From Vermamoeba vermiformis (taxonomy: Eukaryota), in contig JBEWZL010000260.1 of assembly GCA_045837725.1 (NCBI GenBank), forward strand, positions 248,001-312,000: a DNA stretch of 64,000 nt, read 5' to 3'. Below, piece by piece: positions 13,773 through 26,955 of the stretch. Both the position numbers and the translations under genes were made by a program. Positions within the stretch are counted from its first letter, which is position 1. Every line of letters begins with the position of its first letter. The notes below the pieces were generated by a model, which did no database searches, was not told where the DNA came from, and was given only the letters and a program-made list of their open reading frames with translations.

Positions 13773-14770
13773 TTGCTTGGGGATCTTTAAATGTGGTGTT
13801 CTATTGCAGTGCGACGATCTGTACAGACGTAAAAATAAATTAGCCCTTGCAGCAAGAGGTGTATCGAATTGGCGGCGAAACGATAAATTATATATCAATT
13901 CAATTCGAATATAAGTAATACTTTCTCCGGACGAGGATACAGTGACGACCACCTTTTTGCCAGATGAGTTGGATCAAACTTGCGATTAGTCTGCTGTGAA
14001 TAAACAAATTAATACATGATTATTGCAAAAAATTAGATTAAATTGCGAGTACGATCATGTTCGTGGCAATTTGATTACCATCAATAAATCATAAATTGAA
14101 AAATTAATTAAAAAATAAAGAATAATTCTAATCGCTTTTTAAGATTTGGATCATAGCATTGTTGTTGCACTAGCTATTATTAAAATATTTTTCATACCAA
14201 GGCTGACTCTATTGCGCCACATCCGCGATCTTGTCTGTTCCGAAAGTGTCATTAGCAAGCATACTACCATAAGCCTCCGACGAATATAAAAGAATAAATA
14301 TATAAGAGATACGTTACATGTTTCCACGAGGTATGTTTGCTCGTTGGTTTAACAAAGGGCAACTACGAGCAAAAACGGGTTAATGCTTTGTTCAAGAGTT
14401 GTTTATTAAATCAGTTCTAAAATAATAATCTATTTAAATAAAGGCAATAATCGCTACGAGGGTCATTACACCTGGCACGAAGACAGCAGATCCTGAAACA
14501 GCTTGGGGGACAGTAGTTGAAGGAATCGAGCTAGGATTAGCAGTACTTGGTACTGAAGATGAAGGAGCAAGAGGGATATTAGACGAGTCATAGCGAGTGC
14601 CACGCACTTCTACACCAGTTGGAGCAGGCGTGATGTCTTTAATGACTGCATCGCCATAGTTGTTCAACAAGTCTCCCGTCACTTCAGCTTCAGTGGTGCT
14701 GTTCTTGAAGTCCTCGACCACAGCCCTGTGAAATGGGACGTTAGTTTGATTGCACAAAACGCAGCTGTCA

Positions 14771-14782
14771 TGACACGTGTCA
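14771..14782. repeat. Dispersed palindrome TGACACGTGTCA (intronic)
   Basis: Exact 12-mer, one of six copies. Confidence 0.9.
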
Positions 14783-15259
14783 AACAGAATGTAAAGAGTT
14801 ACGTACTTGACAGCGTCTGCAGACGATAGTTCCTGTGAAGTGCTAGTGCCGTCTACAAGAATATTGTGTTAGATTGTAACGTAAGTGGCAAGTGTAGTCA
14901 CGTGGTGTCTTACTGGCAGGAGCCACAGTGACAGTAACGTCAAATCTGTTTTCATAAACTGTGCGCTTGGCTGGTATTGAGCCAGAGTTTTGGACGGAGA
15001 AGGTGCTCAATCGGTAAGTTGATAGGTTGTATCTGTGAATACTCCTGTTAGACCACACCAATAGTCGGTCAAGGAGTACGTACCTATTCGCAAAGTTTTC
15101 AGCCAATTGCACGCCATTGTCTCCAAGGTAATCAACCATCGCGAGAACAACAACGAATCCAGGAGCTAAAGGAAGCGATATTAGAACCATATGAAAGTCG
15201 ATTGAACCAACATACCTTCAGGGCACAACAACGGTGCAACGTTTGTCAGATCCACAGTC

Positions 15260-15756
15260 AAGTTGTACGAACCAAGAAGCCAACTGACTTGAGTCTCGCT
15301 ACTCGGCAAGGTAACGATGAAAGGTGACACGGGGTACGTTAAAGTTGAGCCAATTGAGAATGTTGTTGGTCTGGCACCCTGATAAAGCATTCAGAACTTG
15401 ATCACTCACGCTTAGCTCAATGTGTGAAACTTACTCCGTATTCGATAGGACTGAATGCGTTTGTTTCACCTTGACTAATCGTGTGTGCAACACGATCTTC
15501 GTTGATGAAACTGAAGTGGAGTGTGTTGCCTTCTTGCACTGGTTCAACGCAATCGAGGACAGGGATCACATTCGGCAAGCCACACACGCCGTTGTAGCCG
15601 ACCAATCCATTTGTACAGAGGCAATCTAAGTCACAGTTGGCACTACCATCACATTCCTCGTTGAGCTCGAGCAAGCCATTGCCGCAGAATGTGATAATTT
15701 GTCGCTTAATATGGTTGGTCTCGGGGTCTTTGGCGACCACGAGAATGTCGGAGCCA
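15260..15756. repeat. Direct duplication, copy A (partner 16628-17122)
   Basis: Near-identical DNA including an intron, from aagttgtacgaaccaagaagcc to aatgtcggagcca. Confidence 0.9.
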
Positions 15757-16627
15757 GTCAATGGAAGGAAACGGTAGTACGATAGAAATTGAGTAGTAGA
15801 TAGTTATATTAATTATCGGATTAATCCGTATTGGAATAATTTTCTCTAAGTCAAACTATTTCGACAAATTTAATAAAAACATATAATAATTAACTCATCA
15901 AAGATGAAAAATAATTTTATTTTTTGATTAGGCCAAAACATCCTAAGAAGCGAAATCCTATCATTCTCCTTTGGCAAGTAGTCCTGTTCTGAAGCCTCCA
16001 AACTCCTCCAAATTAGTCTGAGAGACGGCCAAACGCGCCCTCAACATAGGAACGCGCCCATGAGCACCATATCTATCTAAAAAAAATAAAAGCTACACCT
16101 CAAAGCTACAAAACCGCAATACTAATAATGATACTACGACACCACACGATTTTTTACCTGCTACTCTTGACATCTGAGGGGACCGCCACGACCAAGTCTG
16201 CGACGAGTGGACCCCGGACACAGAAGGCAACTAAAATAATAAAATATACGATCGTACAAACGACACTCGGAGAGAAACGGGGGGCACTCAACGTCAAACT
16301 CCCTACCGCTACTGAGCAGGGGGAAAATTGACCATCCAGCCGCCGAAATGAAGAGAATATCTGCCGTCGGAGAACGGTGAAAACTAGACCTTCATTCCGT
16401 CGCTAACTGCAATCATGGCCGGGGAGGGAAACAAGACCTGCGGGATTACAGCGCCACTAGAGGACGCATATAGTATCGTAGGCACACGGAATAGCGACAT
16501 CACGACACGCCCGCCTTTCGCCCTAGTACCTCTCGACTCAGCTCGTCAAAGTCTTCGTCACCATCTTCGTATAGGGACTTGTGATGCCCCAAAGAAAGAA
16601 TAAACAAAGGCGAGCCAGGCACGAGAG

Positions 16628-17122
16628 AAGTTGTACGAACCAAGAAGCCAACTGACTTGTGTCTCGCTATTCGGCAAGGTAACGATGAACGGTGACACTG
16701 GGTACGTCAAAGTTGAGCCAATTGAGAATGTTGTTGGTCTGGCACCCTGATAAAGTATTCAGAACTTGGTCACTCGCACTGATCAATGTGTGAAACTTAC
16801 TCCGTATTCGATAGGACTGAATGCGTTTGTTTCACCTTGATTGATCGTGTGCACAACACGGTCTTCGTTGATGAAACTGAAGTGGAGTGTGTTGCCTCCT
16901 TGCACTGGTTCAACACAATCGAGAACAGGGATCACATTCGGCAAGCCACACACGCCGTTGTAGCCAAACAATCCATTCGAACAGAGGCAATCTGTGTCAC
17001 AGTTGGCTCCTCCTTCGCACTCCTCATTAAGTTCGAGCTGTCCGTTGCCACAGAATGTTAAAACTTGTCGCATAACATTGCCGGTAAAAGGGTCTTTTGC
17101 AACTGCGGCAATGTCGGAGCCA
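16628..17122. repeat. Direct duplication, copy B (partner 15260-15756)
   Basis: Same sequence as copy A with scattered substitutions; similarity stops abruptly at 16628. Confidence 0.9.
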
Positions 17123-18622
17123 CGAATCGAAACAAATTTGACTGTCGTCAGATTGGTAGGCACTATTCAATATAGGCTCTTATTAATAAATTACAAAATT
17201 AAACTTATTCGACAAAGTAGGTCTTACTTGTCAACCTTTCGCTCAGTGCAAATATTTGCGTTTCAATGTTAAATTCTGCCGTTTGATCTGTGTTGTATGT
17301 TTACATTAGCGTGCGTCAAAGTAAGTCTATATAGTTGCCGTACATATGAGATGTTCAGAGTTGTCTGTAGCGTTATTGGACTTGAACGCCATTAGCACAC
17401 TTGTGCTGGTCAATCCCAAAACTGCAGACGAAGAGTACGATATATCACTGGTATTGAGTGCCATAGGTCCCAATGTGAAGACGCCAAATGAGCTCGGCGA
17501 GTAGTAATCTTAAAAAGATAATAAGTTAGATTCTTGTCGACAAGAATCCGGCCATTTTTTTTTGCACTTACAGTAGATTGGGTTACCAAAAGTATACAAT
17601 ACGATAACATTACGACCAACGTTGCCTAGTAAGCTAATAGCAGGGCCTGTCATCAGCGTGCCGTCCAATGGACCAGTGTTGACCGTCTGTGACATCCCGC
17701 CCATGTACAATGTGCCCAGGACAATATTCGTGTCGAGCTTATTTAAAACAAAATACGACTCTGTACGGTCTTGATTTGTAACAGCAACGGCGTCGGCTGC
17801 GGCAACCTACGAAATTTCATTATTTTTTGGTGATCACAGTTCTAGGACCTAGAACTTACGAGCGATTGAAGACAACCATCATATATTAATGTCTGAAATA
17901 TATCTCTAAACGCAGTTGCAATGCAAAGGTCGCTGCTGTAATAAATAACTGCAAAACTTTTGTCGGCGAAGCCTACCAACTCAATGTCGCCCTAATTTTT
18001 TGTTAATAAACGTACGTCGTGCAAATTAAAAATTCTTCAGCTCACTTGTAGTGACGCAGCTTTATAGCCGTCAACTTGAAACGAAAATCCGATAGGCGAG
18101 CCATCAGACGCAAATCTCCTCGCTCTAATCATCGGAGCAGAGTTCCAGCGATAAGTTATAAGAAATCTATAATACTTTAATAAGTACGATAATTTTATTA
18201 ATAAATTTTACTTACGTATCATCGGGGAATACCACAACGTTGGGAGAAGAAAATGTATTTGCCCCAAGTTCCGGATCAGGATCAAACTCCGAAACAGCAA
18301 CTGATCTATTAGCGTGGAATATTTGACCAGCTACTCGAGGGATAGAACTTTGATCAAGCACTGAGTAAACAATAACATAACGACCATCTGAAAATGCAGC
18401 AGCGTGAACGAGGGTATTTTGTAAAGGGGTTGGGTTTCCAGGCTGAACATTGATTTGCGTCCATTCACTTTTAATACTAGGTTGGCCAGAGGCTGAAAAA
18501 ATATGTCAATACGAGCGTCAAAAAGGATTAAAGACTTTCTTTTCGATCGGAAAAACTAAAGAAATTCTCGTACCAATGCTCAATATTAGAGCTATAATTA
18601 AAGTGTGCAATAGTAGCTGCAT
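16628..18622 (-). pseudogene. 5' half of a secreted surface protein with bacterial-type FxDGxF/Y...RF.xDG repeats and a CGNG Cys-rich motif; truncated at 16628
   Basis: Signal peptide MQLLLHTLIIALILSI; repeats AAAFSDGRYVIVY...GQIFHAN and VVVFPDDTFLITY...IRARRFASDGSPIGFSFQV; FCGNGQLELNEECEGGANC. The reading frame runs into unrelated sequence at 16627. Confidence 0.55.
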
Positions 18623-18843
18623 TATAGTTGTGACTATTATCGTCGATCGACAATGTTTTGTCGTAAAATTGAAAGTCCTGAACGATTGTAAAATGACAAA
18701 AAGTTCACAAAGTCCTGTCAACAATTTACGTGACAGTTAGGGGTACAATACAATTGAAGGGAAAGAGAATGAAATTCGAATTGTACGTACTCATAATCTA
18801 GACACGAAACTTGAGCATAGCATCATAAGTCGGATCCGATCGG

Positions 18844-21835
18844 TCAGATGCGATCAGCCAAAAATTCTACCACTTGTTCCATCGTCTAATATAATTATTG
18901 GTAATAACATTCTTATTAATTATTCTACACGTTACTTACCGGTCGTAACTCAGGATTGAATTTCCAACACATTTGCATTACCTCCCGCAACACTGAATCT
19001 ACATCCGTGCCAGAGACCTGTGGCGTGTACCCTTGGTCACGAATTCTAACTGCGACGTCAATTTGATCTTCTTCAAGGTGAGGTTCTTTTCCAGTTACAA
19101 TCTCGCTAACTGAGAGTTGCGTCAGATCAGCTCGGAAAATTTCATTAAAATTTTGCGCATCTCGCATACCGACAATGCCAAACGACCAGACATCTGACTT
19201 TGGACTATAAATACCGCTTCTAATACTTTCAGGGGCCTAAGAACAAAAGGGATGCTTAATATTTTGTTGGGTCCGGATCCTACTTTTACCATCCACCGAA
19301 TCGGTCCTAATGTCGTATTGGTCTGACCCTGGGCCGCTTCACCTTTAAGAACCCTAGACATACCAAAATCCTAAATATTACCATTATTATACCTTACCAA
19401 CGATAGTTTGACACGTGTCAACTAGTCAGTTGAAAACGAAATTGACTTACTGAAATCTTCGGCTTGCCTTCTTTTAGCTACAACAACGTTAAAATTTAAT
19501 CGCTAAAGTACGTTAAAATAATCATTTACCAGGATATTTCGAGCGGCCAAATCTCGATGAATGATTTTGTTCTCGTGCAAATGAACCAATCCCAGTGCAA
19601 TGCCAAGTACTAAAGCACGTTGTTCTGTTTGAATTAAACTCCTTCGTGCCAGTAATTTATCGAGACTGCCGCCCTCGCAGTATTCAAGTACAATATGCGG
19701 GTGATCCATGTTCATGCTTAACCCGTACGTATAAACTACGTTTGAGTGCTGTGGCAGTGCCCTAAATATTCTCATTAATATTACCGATTTAATATAATAC
19801 TCCTTACAGTGTCAATCTCGCCTCATTCATGAACGATTCAAGCGATCCAACAAGATTACTCATTTTGACCGCGACTGTAATCCCGTTCCATTCCCTAATA
19901 AGGCGTTAATATAATAAAGAACTAATAATCGTTCATACCCTAAACAAACTTTGCCAAAGCTGCCTGAGCCAATCTCTTTCATGATCGTAAGAGCCTGGTA
20001 CTGAATAAATCTCGTTTTGGCAAAGATTGGATCCAATGGTGTATAATTTGTGCCACTCTCATCGAAGTCACTTTTCTTCGATTTTTTGCGTTGGTCCTTC
20101 TTGAGCAAGAATACTAATAGAAAAATACCCACTCCAATAGCAGATCCACAAATTAAACCAACGGTCAAGCCGATGGTTAATGCACCATCGTCGGGCTTAG
20201 TACTTGCCTCAATAGTCTTATTCATATCACTCGCTAATGTAGGTGCCACTACTTGATCATTTATCGGTACTTCGCTTGGTGAAACCTGTACCATCGGTTC
20301 CAAAGTAGTGTTAGATACCGGCGGAAACTCAAATCCAGTCTGCAAACGAAAATGCTTAGAATACGTAAGACGGATTATATTACACTTACCCCATCATCAT
20401 AAACCCAATAGTCAATCCCAATATTAGTAGCAACCAATATAACCTTATCCCTGCATGAAATTGCGTGCACGGTTAACGCATTGACGACCGCACTCTTTGC
20501 AACCATTTTGAACCCATTGGTCGTATCCAGTAAGTACAGATTATATGTTACCGTGTCCCCACTGTGCATACTAACAACTAACGAAGTGTTCCCTATCACG
20601 CAGCTGTGTAGGGGCAGACTGCCAGTGGTGTCGCGTATGGGGTAATCAACGCCGATTTGATCGATCGTGTATCTCGTGCTATCTCCCTCAACAATGCAAT
20701 AGTAGCTCTGAAACACGCTCAGTATACTGTCTTTATATGTCTATGTATCTTATCTTACCCCGTTAACTATACTCGTGGATCCATCAGTTGTGACATCTTT
20801 GAAGCACGTAAAATAATGCGTAGAGTTTGCGCTGAACGTGGCAGCAGTGGAGCTAGTTATATTTTGCACTCTCGAACACGAGGTTGTGCATTTGTCAATT
20901 ACTGTTAAGAACGTATCTGGTGCGCTCGCGCGTAATGACATAGATAAGTAATACCCATCACCTTTTGAACATTAATTTAAATGGCTATAATAAACAAATA
21001 CGTACCCCCAGGGTCTAAATAAGACTCCCACGCACCAATAAATTGCATACCATCACTCGCAGCAGAATAAAAATAAGGCCCGAGAGAGGTTGCATTGACG
21101 CGACTCTCGATCGATGTCTAATTATTCAATTAGTATTGGAATTGTATCAATGTATTCAAGGACTCACCCCTGTATATAAAAATGTAATGATTTCATTATT
21201 AAACCATATGGCATAGCTCGGGCTGTACCAATTGTACGAGGATAACGAGGCCACTAACGTCTCATTCGATAACAAGATAACATTGTATAAGGTCGCGGAA
21301 TTCTATGATAATTATATTAATAAGTATAATATAAGTAATTTCTTCGGCTTACATAAAGGCCAGCAAATCCACAGATCGGTAGCCCTCGGATCACGGTAAC
21401 GTCATCGTGTCCTGCTCCATTAAGTATAGAAATTTCGTTCCTTAATTTCGTAGTATTAGATTTTATCTCCAGAGTGCTTATTTGCGATTCATAAGCGGAG
21501 TCCACGAGGCAGAGCAGATGGTGTAAATCCATCCACCGGCATTCCCATCAATGATAAATAAATCGCGCCTCTGTGAGGCAACAGAAATCGGTGCGTCAAC
21601 TAATGAAGCGTGATAAAAGCCTGCAATGGAATTAGCACGCAAAAAAATAATTAATTTGAAATTAAAAAGGAAGTTTCAAACGGCCGCAGCTGCAGCAAGA
21701 AGTCAATATTTTAGTTTGAATAATAAGAATATTATTATTAATTAAGTACGACTACATACTTGGCTGCGCAAATGCCCAAACGAAAAAAAAATAAATGCTA
21801 GTCACTAAAATCGCGCGGCACCGAGCTGATCTCAT
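18844..21835 (-). CDS. Receptor-like tyrosine kinase (signal peptide, ectodomain, single TM, TK-type kinase)
   Basis: Leader MRSARCRAILVTSIYFFFVWAFAQ; TM LTIGLTVGLICGSAIGVGIFLLVFLL; IGSGSFGKV, VAVK, HRDLAARN, DFGMSR, GPIRWMAPE, MQMCWKFNPELRP; TGA at 18844-18846. Confidence 0.88.
19408..19421. repeat. Dispersed palindrome TTGACACGTGTCAA (intronic)
   Basis: Exact 14-bp extended palindrome in a kinase-gene intron. Confidence 0.9.
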
Positions 21836-22436
21836 GGCAGCGTAGACATTATGCATCCTCAGTTCAAAATTAATTTAAACATTGTTTGTTCTGTTCGTGT
21901 TTAGATCCGATTGAAAATTCTTACCGCGACAACATCTATGTGCCGACTATCAAAGAGGTGCTCATTGAAGTACAGTTCCCGAGTGTGTAACAAATAAATA
22001 AGCTGTTACAACAAAGAGATGTGTTGTTTATTATATAAAAGAGAGGAAATACTTTTGATTTTATTTTATTATCTTTAGTTATAATGTTCAACGGATGGGA
22101 ATAGCGAATCCGCGCAAAGTCTTCAACGGGTAATTTCTTACGTTACAGAGTGCTGGCTATTCAATGTTCCCGGTCAAGTACCCATTAAATCACAATGACG
22201 GATTTCAAGGAGGTCTGGGAAGAAAAAGATTCAGTTAGTAGTGAGTCTTCATCCCCGTCAATCCTTTTCAAATTCTTACTCACAGCGCAGTTTAGTAAGT
22301 TTAATCAATCTGTTCTTATCGAAGACCCGCGAAACGATATTTCAAAATGCGGATCTCAATATGTGTTCGAATCACATGAACGTATTCGTTATTTTTTCGA
22401 ACCGCAACACATTAACAACACAATACAACGAGGAAA

Positions 22437-24310
22437 ATGCCCCGAACCTCAATACTATGTTATTTGTTAAGTGCACTGTTCATATCAGTGGTTCGTGCCG
22501 AAGTTCAGGTTCTCTCAGGCAGTCAGAATGGCACTGCCATAAAAAGCGCAGAGTTTTATAAAAAAGGTATTGGATAATACATATCAATGTGTATTAATAA
22601 TGTTCAGCCTCATAGTTTCCAATTAAGTATGTGGATCTAACGGATCTTAATTTTTTATGAAAGGTGACGACTTTACACAAGTATTTGAACCAATTTCAGG
22701 CTTATTGGTTGATTCAACGTCTATAGAAGTCGGTAACAGAATTGTTTATCTTGCGGATGTGCCAAAAAGTCAGCTTTGGACGAGAATCTTCCAGCTTAAA
22801 TCAAGAGGCGCGATTGGCATTATTTTCGCTTCTATCTATCGTAAGTAATGTTTATACCATGATGTTATTAAATGAACACATTTGGAGTCAAAGTTTCGGG
22901 CGCAATTTTTTCAAAGCGCGGATTCAGGCGACAATCGGCACGAAAGAGCCGACGATCCGCGTGACAGGACTGTCAAATCGAATCACCGTATTAATGATAA
23001 TTACTATAGCGGTACCTGGGCAAGACTTTTGCACATGGACAGGTGAAGATGTGTCGCAGATTAACTTTCCAATTGCAACGGTGTATCAAGAAGACGTAAA
23101 ACAGCTTTACGCGGAATTGCTCACAGGACAAGAAATCCTTATTAACCTCACATCCGAGGGTGCGTAACAGCTTTTAAACATCAGCCGTATAAAATCATCG
23201 GACGGCGAAACTAACAATTTCTAAATTAGGAAACCCGTGGGCCGATGCTATCGAATCAGTAGCAGTTATTGTCGTATATCGAGTAATTCTCGGAGGTTTC
23301 GCCTTATCTCTTGCGATTTTTGGTTCATATAAGCTGGCTGTATTTATCAAGCATCAAGGCTCCAAGTTCAACATTCCGCAACTCGTCTTAGGACTCGAAA
23401 TCATTGCTAACCTCTGTAAGTAAATTTCATCATAATAGCCTGCAATGAGACTTACCACTGTTAATATGAAGGGCGAGTGATGTATTTGGTAGTAGATCCA
23501 TTAGGCTGTAGCTTCGTGTACGGATCTGCAGTGAACAGTTTTACAGACACAGTGAGTATTCCGTACCCTACTTCCACCTTCGTGTTGATATCGTTCTATT
23601 GGTACGTCTCCTCATATTGATTTTGCAGCAAGACAAAGTCGTAACGTGCCACTATTTGACATCTTTTGACAGGTACGAAATAGTCACTGACGCTTCGATA
23701 ACAATTTATCCGTTCTTGAATCGACTGCAAATTCCGTTCTTCGTGATCACGTTCTTACTGATCGCTATGGATATGACTCTTAGCTTGCTTGGATTTTACT
23801 TGGAGTTCTCGACTACGACACCAACATCCATCATCTACCTTGTCATTAGCGTCGCAGTATTGGCCTTTTACATAGTAACGTTAGTCAAAGTCATGGGTAG
23901 AATGCGATTATCAAAAGAAGTGCGAGGAGAATCCAAGAAATTCCGCCGATTAACGAATGTCAGTAGATCTACAACACTACCAACCCTTTCGTATTAATAT
24001 TAACCTATTCAGTATATAACAGGTCAATACGAAGATGATTCTTAATGCTGTTGGAAGACTGTGCGTTATTATCGTTGCCATTGCTTACGTCTTTCCTTCC
24101 GTGAACCGACAGCCAGTTCCTTTCGTGATTGGCTGGGCATTCTTATACTTGACGCTGAACGTAGATTCATTAATGAGATTAATATTGTTTGAGGTTCCTA
24201 AAGGTTCTTCAGGATCCTCGAGCAAAAGTAAGCCAACCGGATCTTTGACAGAAACGAAGGTGACGCGGAACTCTAGCCCTTCACTTGTTCAAAGCACTAT
24301 AGAAATGTAA
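22437..24310 (+). CDS. Signal peptide + PA-like domain + 7TM protein, paralog 2
   Basis: MPRTSILCYLLSALFISVVRA leader; NRIVYLADVPKSQLWTRIFQLKSRGAIGII; PGQDFCTWTGED; seven TM helices with FNIPQ..L.LE, DPLGC and FYWYEIVTD. Confidence 0.8.
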
Positions 24311-24492
24311 ATTATTAGCGCCAGTAAAAATTTCTATTTTTGGAATTGGAGTATTTTTAGATTTATTCCGAATCTTTGACAGGCCCATAACGAAGATTTG
24401 TTATCTGGTCTTGATAATTTTTATTTGATTCTCTGTTCGACCATAACTCCACTACTCAACAAAATTATCTTACGAAACGAACCAGCCATAAA

Positions 24493-25362
24493 ATGGTAAG
24501 ATTTCGAAAAATTAATTGAATAAAATCTAAATTTCCAACGGTCACTTTCAATCATATTCAATTAGCCGAAAAATGATTATAATTAATTTTATTATAGGGA
24601 GGAGCGCAAGGAAAATTAGCTAAGCTGAAAGATGAAGCCCAAAAAATGGACAAGACCAACTACCGGCTCACCGTTGCGCAACTATGGACCGCTTATGACA
24701 AGAATAATGATGGTGTATTAACTATTGATGAAGCAAAATTATTTGCTAAAGATCTGCTTGAAAATATGGCGAAGAGACTCAACCGCGACTTCGATCTATT
24801 CATTAAAAGCGTCTTTAAGCATAAGGACGTTGCTGATGCGGTCGATTTGTTGGTCAAAGAAATGGATACAGATCACGATGGTCGGATCACGCATGACGAG
24901 TTTGATAGGCAATTAGGAAAATTCATTGGAGACGATGATAAAGCGATTGCCGTATCATTATTAGGGCCCGAAAGACAATCCATAATTGAAGATATTCAAT
25001 CTTCGGTATGTAACTGTATCACTTTACGAACGCGCTGCGAAATCTACTTTGATCTGATCTTCCGTTAGATCCACAAGGAGATGAATTCAACCATTGATCA
25101 TATGCTTAAGGACATTCTGCCTATCGTTTATAACGATGTCAAGGCCCTAATCATGAAAGATGTCCAACCGATGCTCGATCAAGCGCAGGTCAAGATGGAA
25201 GTCTACAACCGTAAAGCCGACGAGCTTAAGGACAAGGCTATTGAAATCGAGCATAAAGTACAAGCTGCTTATCATAATAACAAATGGCTTATGTATCCCG
25301 TCGCCTTATTGTTGGTGATCCCTTACCTTGCGATGATCAAGTATATTCTATTAGTCTGGTAA
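24493..25362 (+). CDS. Putatively N-myristoylated EF-hand protein with C-terminal coiled coil and tail anchor
   Basis: An ATG-only first coding exon splices to GGAQGK; EF loops DKNNDGVLTIDE and DTDHDGRITHDE; C-terminal hydrophobic helix WLMYPVALLLVIPYLAMIKYILLVW. Confidence 0.8.
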
Positions 25363-25505
25363 ATTGCCTTGTATTATTTAGTTGTACAATAAAGGAAATT
25401 AGCGTTCTAGAAACTATTTTTTAGTCACGCGGGATCGATTCCGTCCATAAATAATTTCGCCGTGCAGCTTCAAATCGAACTATTTAACCATTAGAAACAC
25501 CAAAC

Positions 25506-26603
25506 ATGGCAAATAACGTCGAAGAGTGGGTTGATTATAGCGTAGCAGGCAAAGTAAGTTAACTAAGAGGGCAACGTGCAGATCTTCGTAATCTTTTAAG
25601 CGTTATTTATTCAAAATTAGCATCCAATCGCTTGATATGCTCTTTTATAGTTATTAATTTCATTTGATGACAAGCTATTAATTGCCAAAATATTTTGAAG
25701 CAAAATTTTATTATTTAACATTTAACCATTAAAATAAAATCAACGCCGTCGTTTGGTGCCACCAAAGTTTTTAACAGATGGAACTTAGGAATTGCAAGGT
25801 GCTTTCGTGTACCCTCAATCCGCATCTACCGCGAAGTTAGACACAATTGTCATTATCCACGCAGCCTTTGGTGTGACAGATCACGAACTCAACTACGCTC
25901 GTAGACTCGCAAATGAAGGTTACTTGGCCTTTGCCGCAGACGTATTTGGCAAAACCTTACGAAATATTCCTTCATTAGAAGAGGCTAGACCAATCTGTAC
26001 GCTTTTTCAATTCAAGATCTGCAACAAAAAATAATGACTAATACTTATCTGGCTACTAAACTTAGATATGCCTCTCGTGGCTGGTGATAGAAAGCTATTC
26101 CGCGAATTGATTAACGGTGCTATTAACCAAGCCAAGCAACACAAGAACTCTTCAGGCAAAGTCGTTGTTACTGGGTAAGTCCGGGTTAACCTGTTAACTA
26201 TAACAGCTTCCCATATGATAATTAATTATTATGGCGTAGATTTTGTATGGGAGGTTGTGGCGCTCTTGAGGCCGCAAGATCCGGCGCTGAGATCTCGGGC
26301 GCAGCTTCGTTCCACGGCTCTTTGAACACTCCAGACACCTCGCTCGCGAAGAATATTAAGTGCCCTCTGATCATCTTCCACGGCCAGGATGACCCGTTTG
26401 TTGCTGGCGACGTTGCAGGTTTCCAAAAGGAGATGACCGATGCCAAAGTAGACTACCAATTCATTTCGTTCTCGAACACCGTACATTCTTTCACGAACAT
26501 CAACGAGAATGTTCCTGGAAAAGCTCAGTACTCAGAGTCCGCTGCACGACGCTCTTGGATCTACTTCTTGGACTTCTGCAGGGAAGTTTTTGCGCCTAAA
26601 TAA
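25506..26603 (+). CDS. Dienelactone hydrolase family protein
   Basis: IIHAAFGV, ARRLANEGYLAFAADVFG, nucleophile motif GFCMGG across an intron, SFHGSL, FHGQDDPFV, HSFTN, AARRSW. Confidence 0.92.
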
Positions 26604-26955
26604 TTTGTATCCCATTAACGATCCTAAACGCGTTTTATTGCGTCGTACTTGATTGTAGCGTAATTAAAATCGTTTCCCAACACGATTCAAGACGGAGAAA
26701 TAAGATGTAGCCACAAGTGAGCGAGCGTAATTCATTTATTTGAATTCCGCACCACAATTAATAGCCTCTTCTGTCCTCTAATAATTGGTTCGTCAATTAT
26801 CGGGTAAGTACGTACTTAACGGCCGTCAATTTCTCGTGACAATTTGGGACCCAAAAAATTTCCTAATTCGGTAAGGTGACCCGATAACGCAGAAGAGAAA
26901 TGGAACATCATTAATCAACCTACGCATCAAGTGGACAACATACACTGTCTCCATA

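Larger units (their letters stand above)
14434..15761 (-). pseudogene. 3' half of a secreted surface protein (CGNG..E..EECD Cys-rich motif, Ser/Thr/Pro stalk, C-terminal hydrophobic GPI-like tail); no recognisable 5' exons
   Basis: FCGNGLLELNEECDGSANCDLDCLC motif; tail SGSAVFVPGVMTLVAIIAFI*; homology to the upstream paralog ends near 15756. It may be an intact gene that is mis-assembled. Confidence 0.55.

Noticed and set aside
15770-16627. Spacer as a transposon insertion or as a reversed (non-complemented) sequence
   Set aside because: I found no terminal inverted repeats, target-site duplication or transposase motifs. Reading it reversed or complemented gave no coherent gene, and the minus-strand FSDGRY trace favours degraded paralog sequence.
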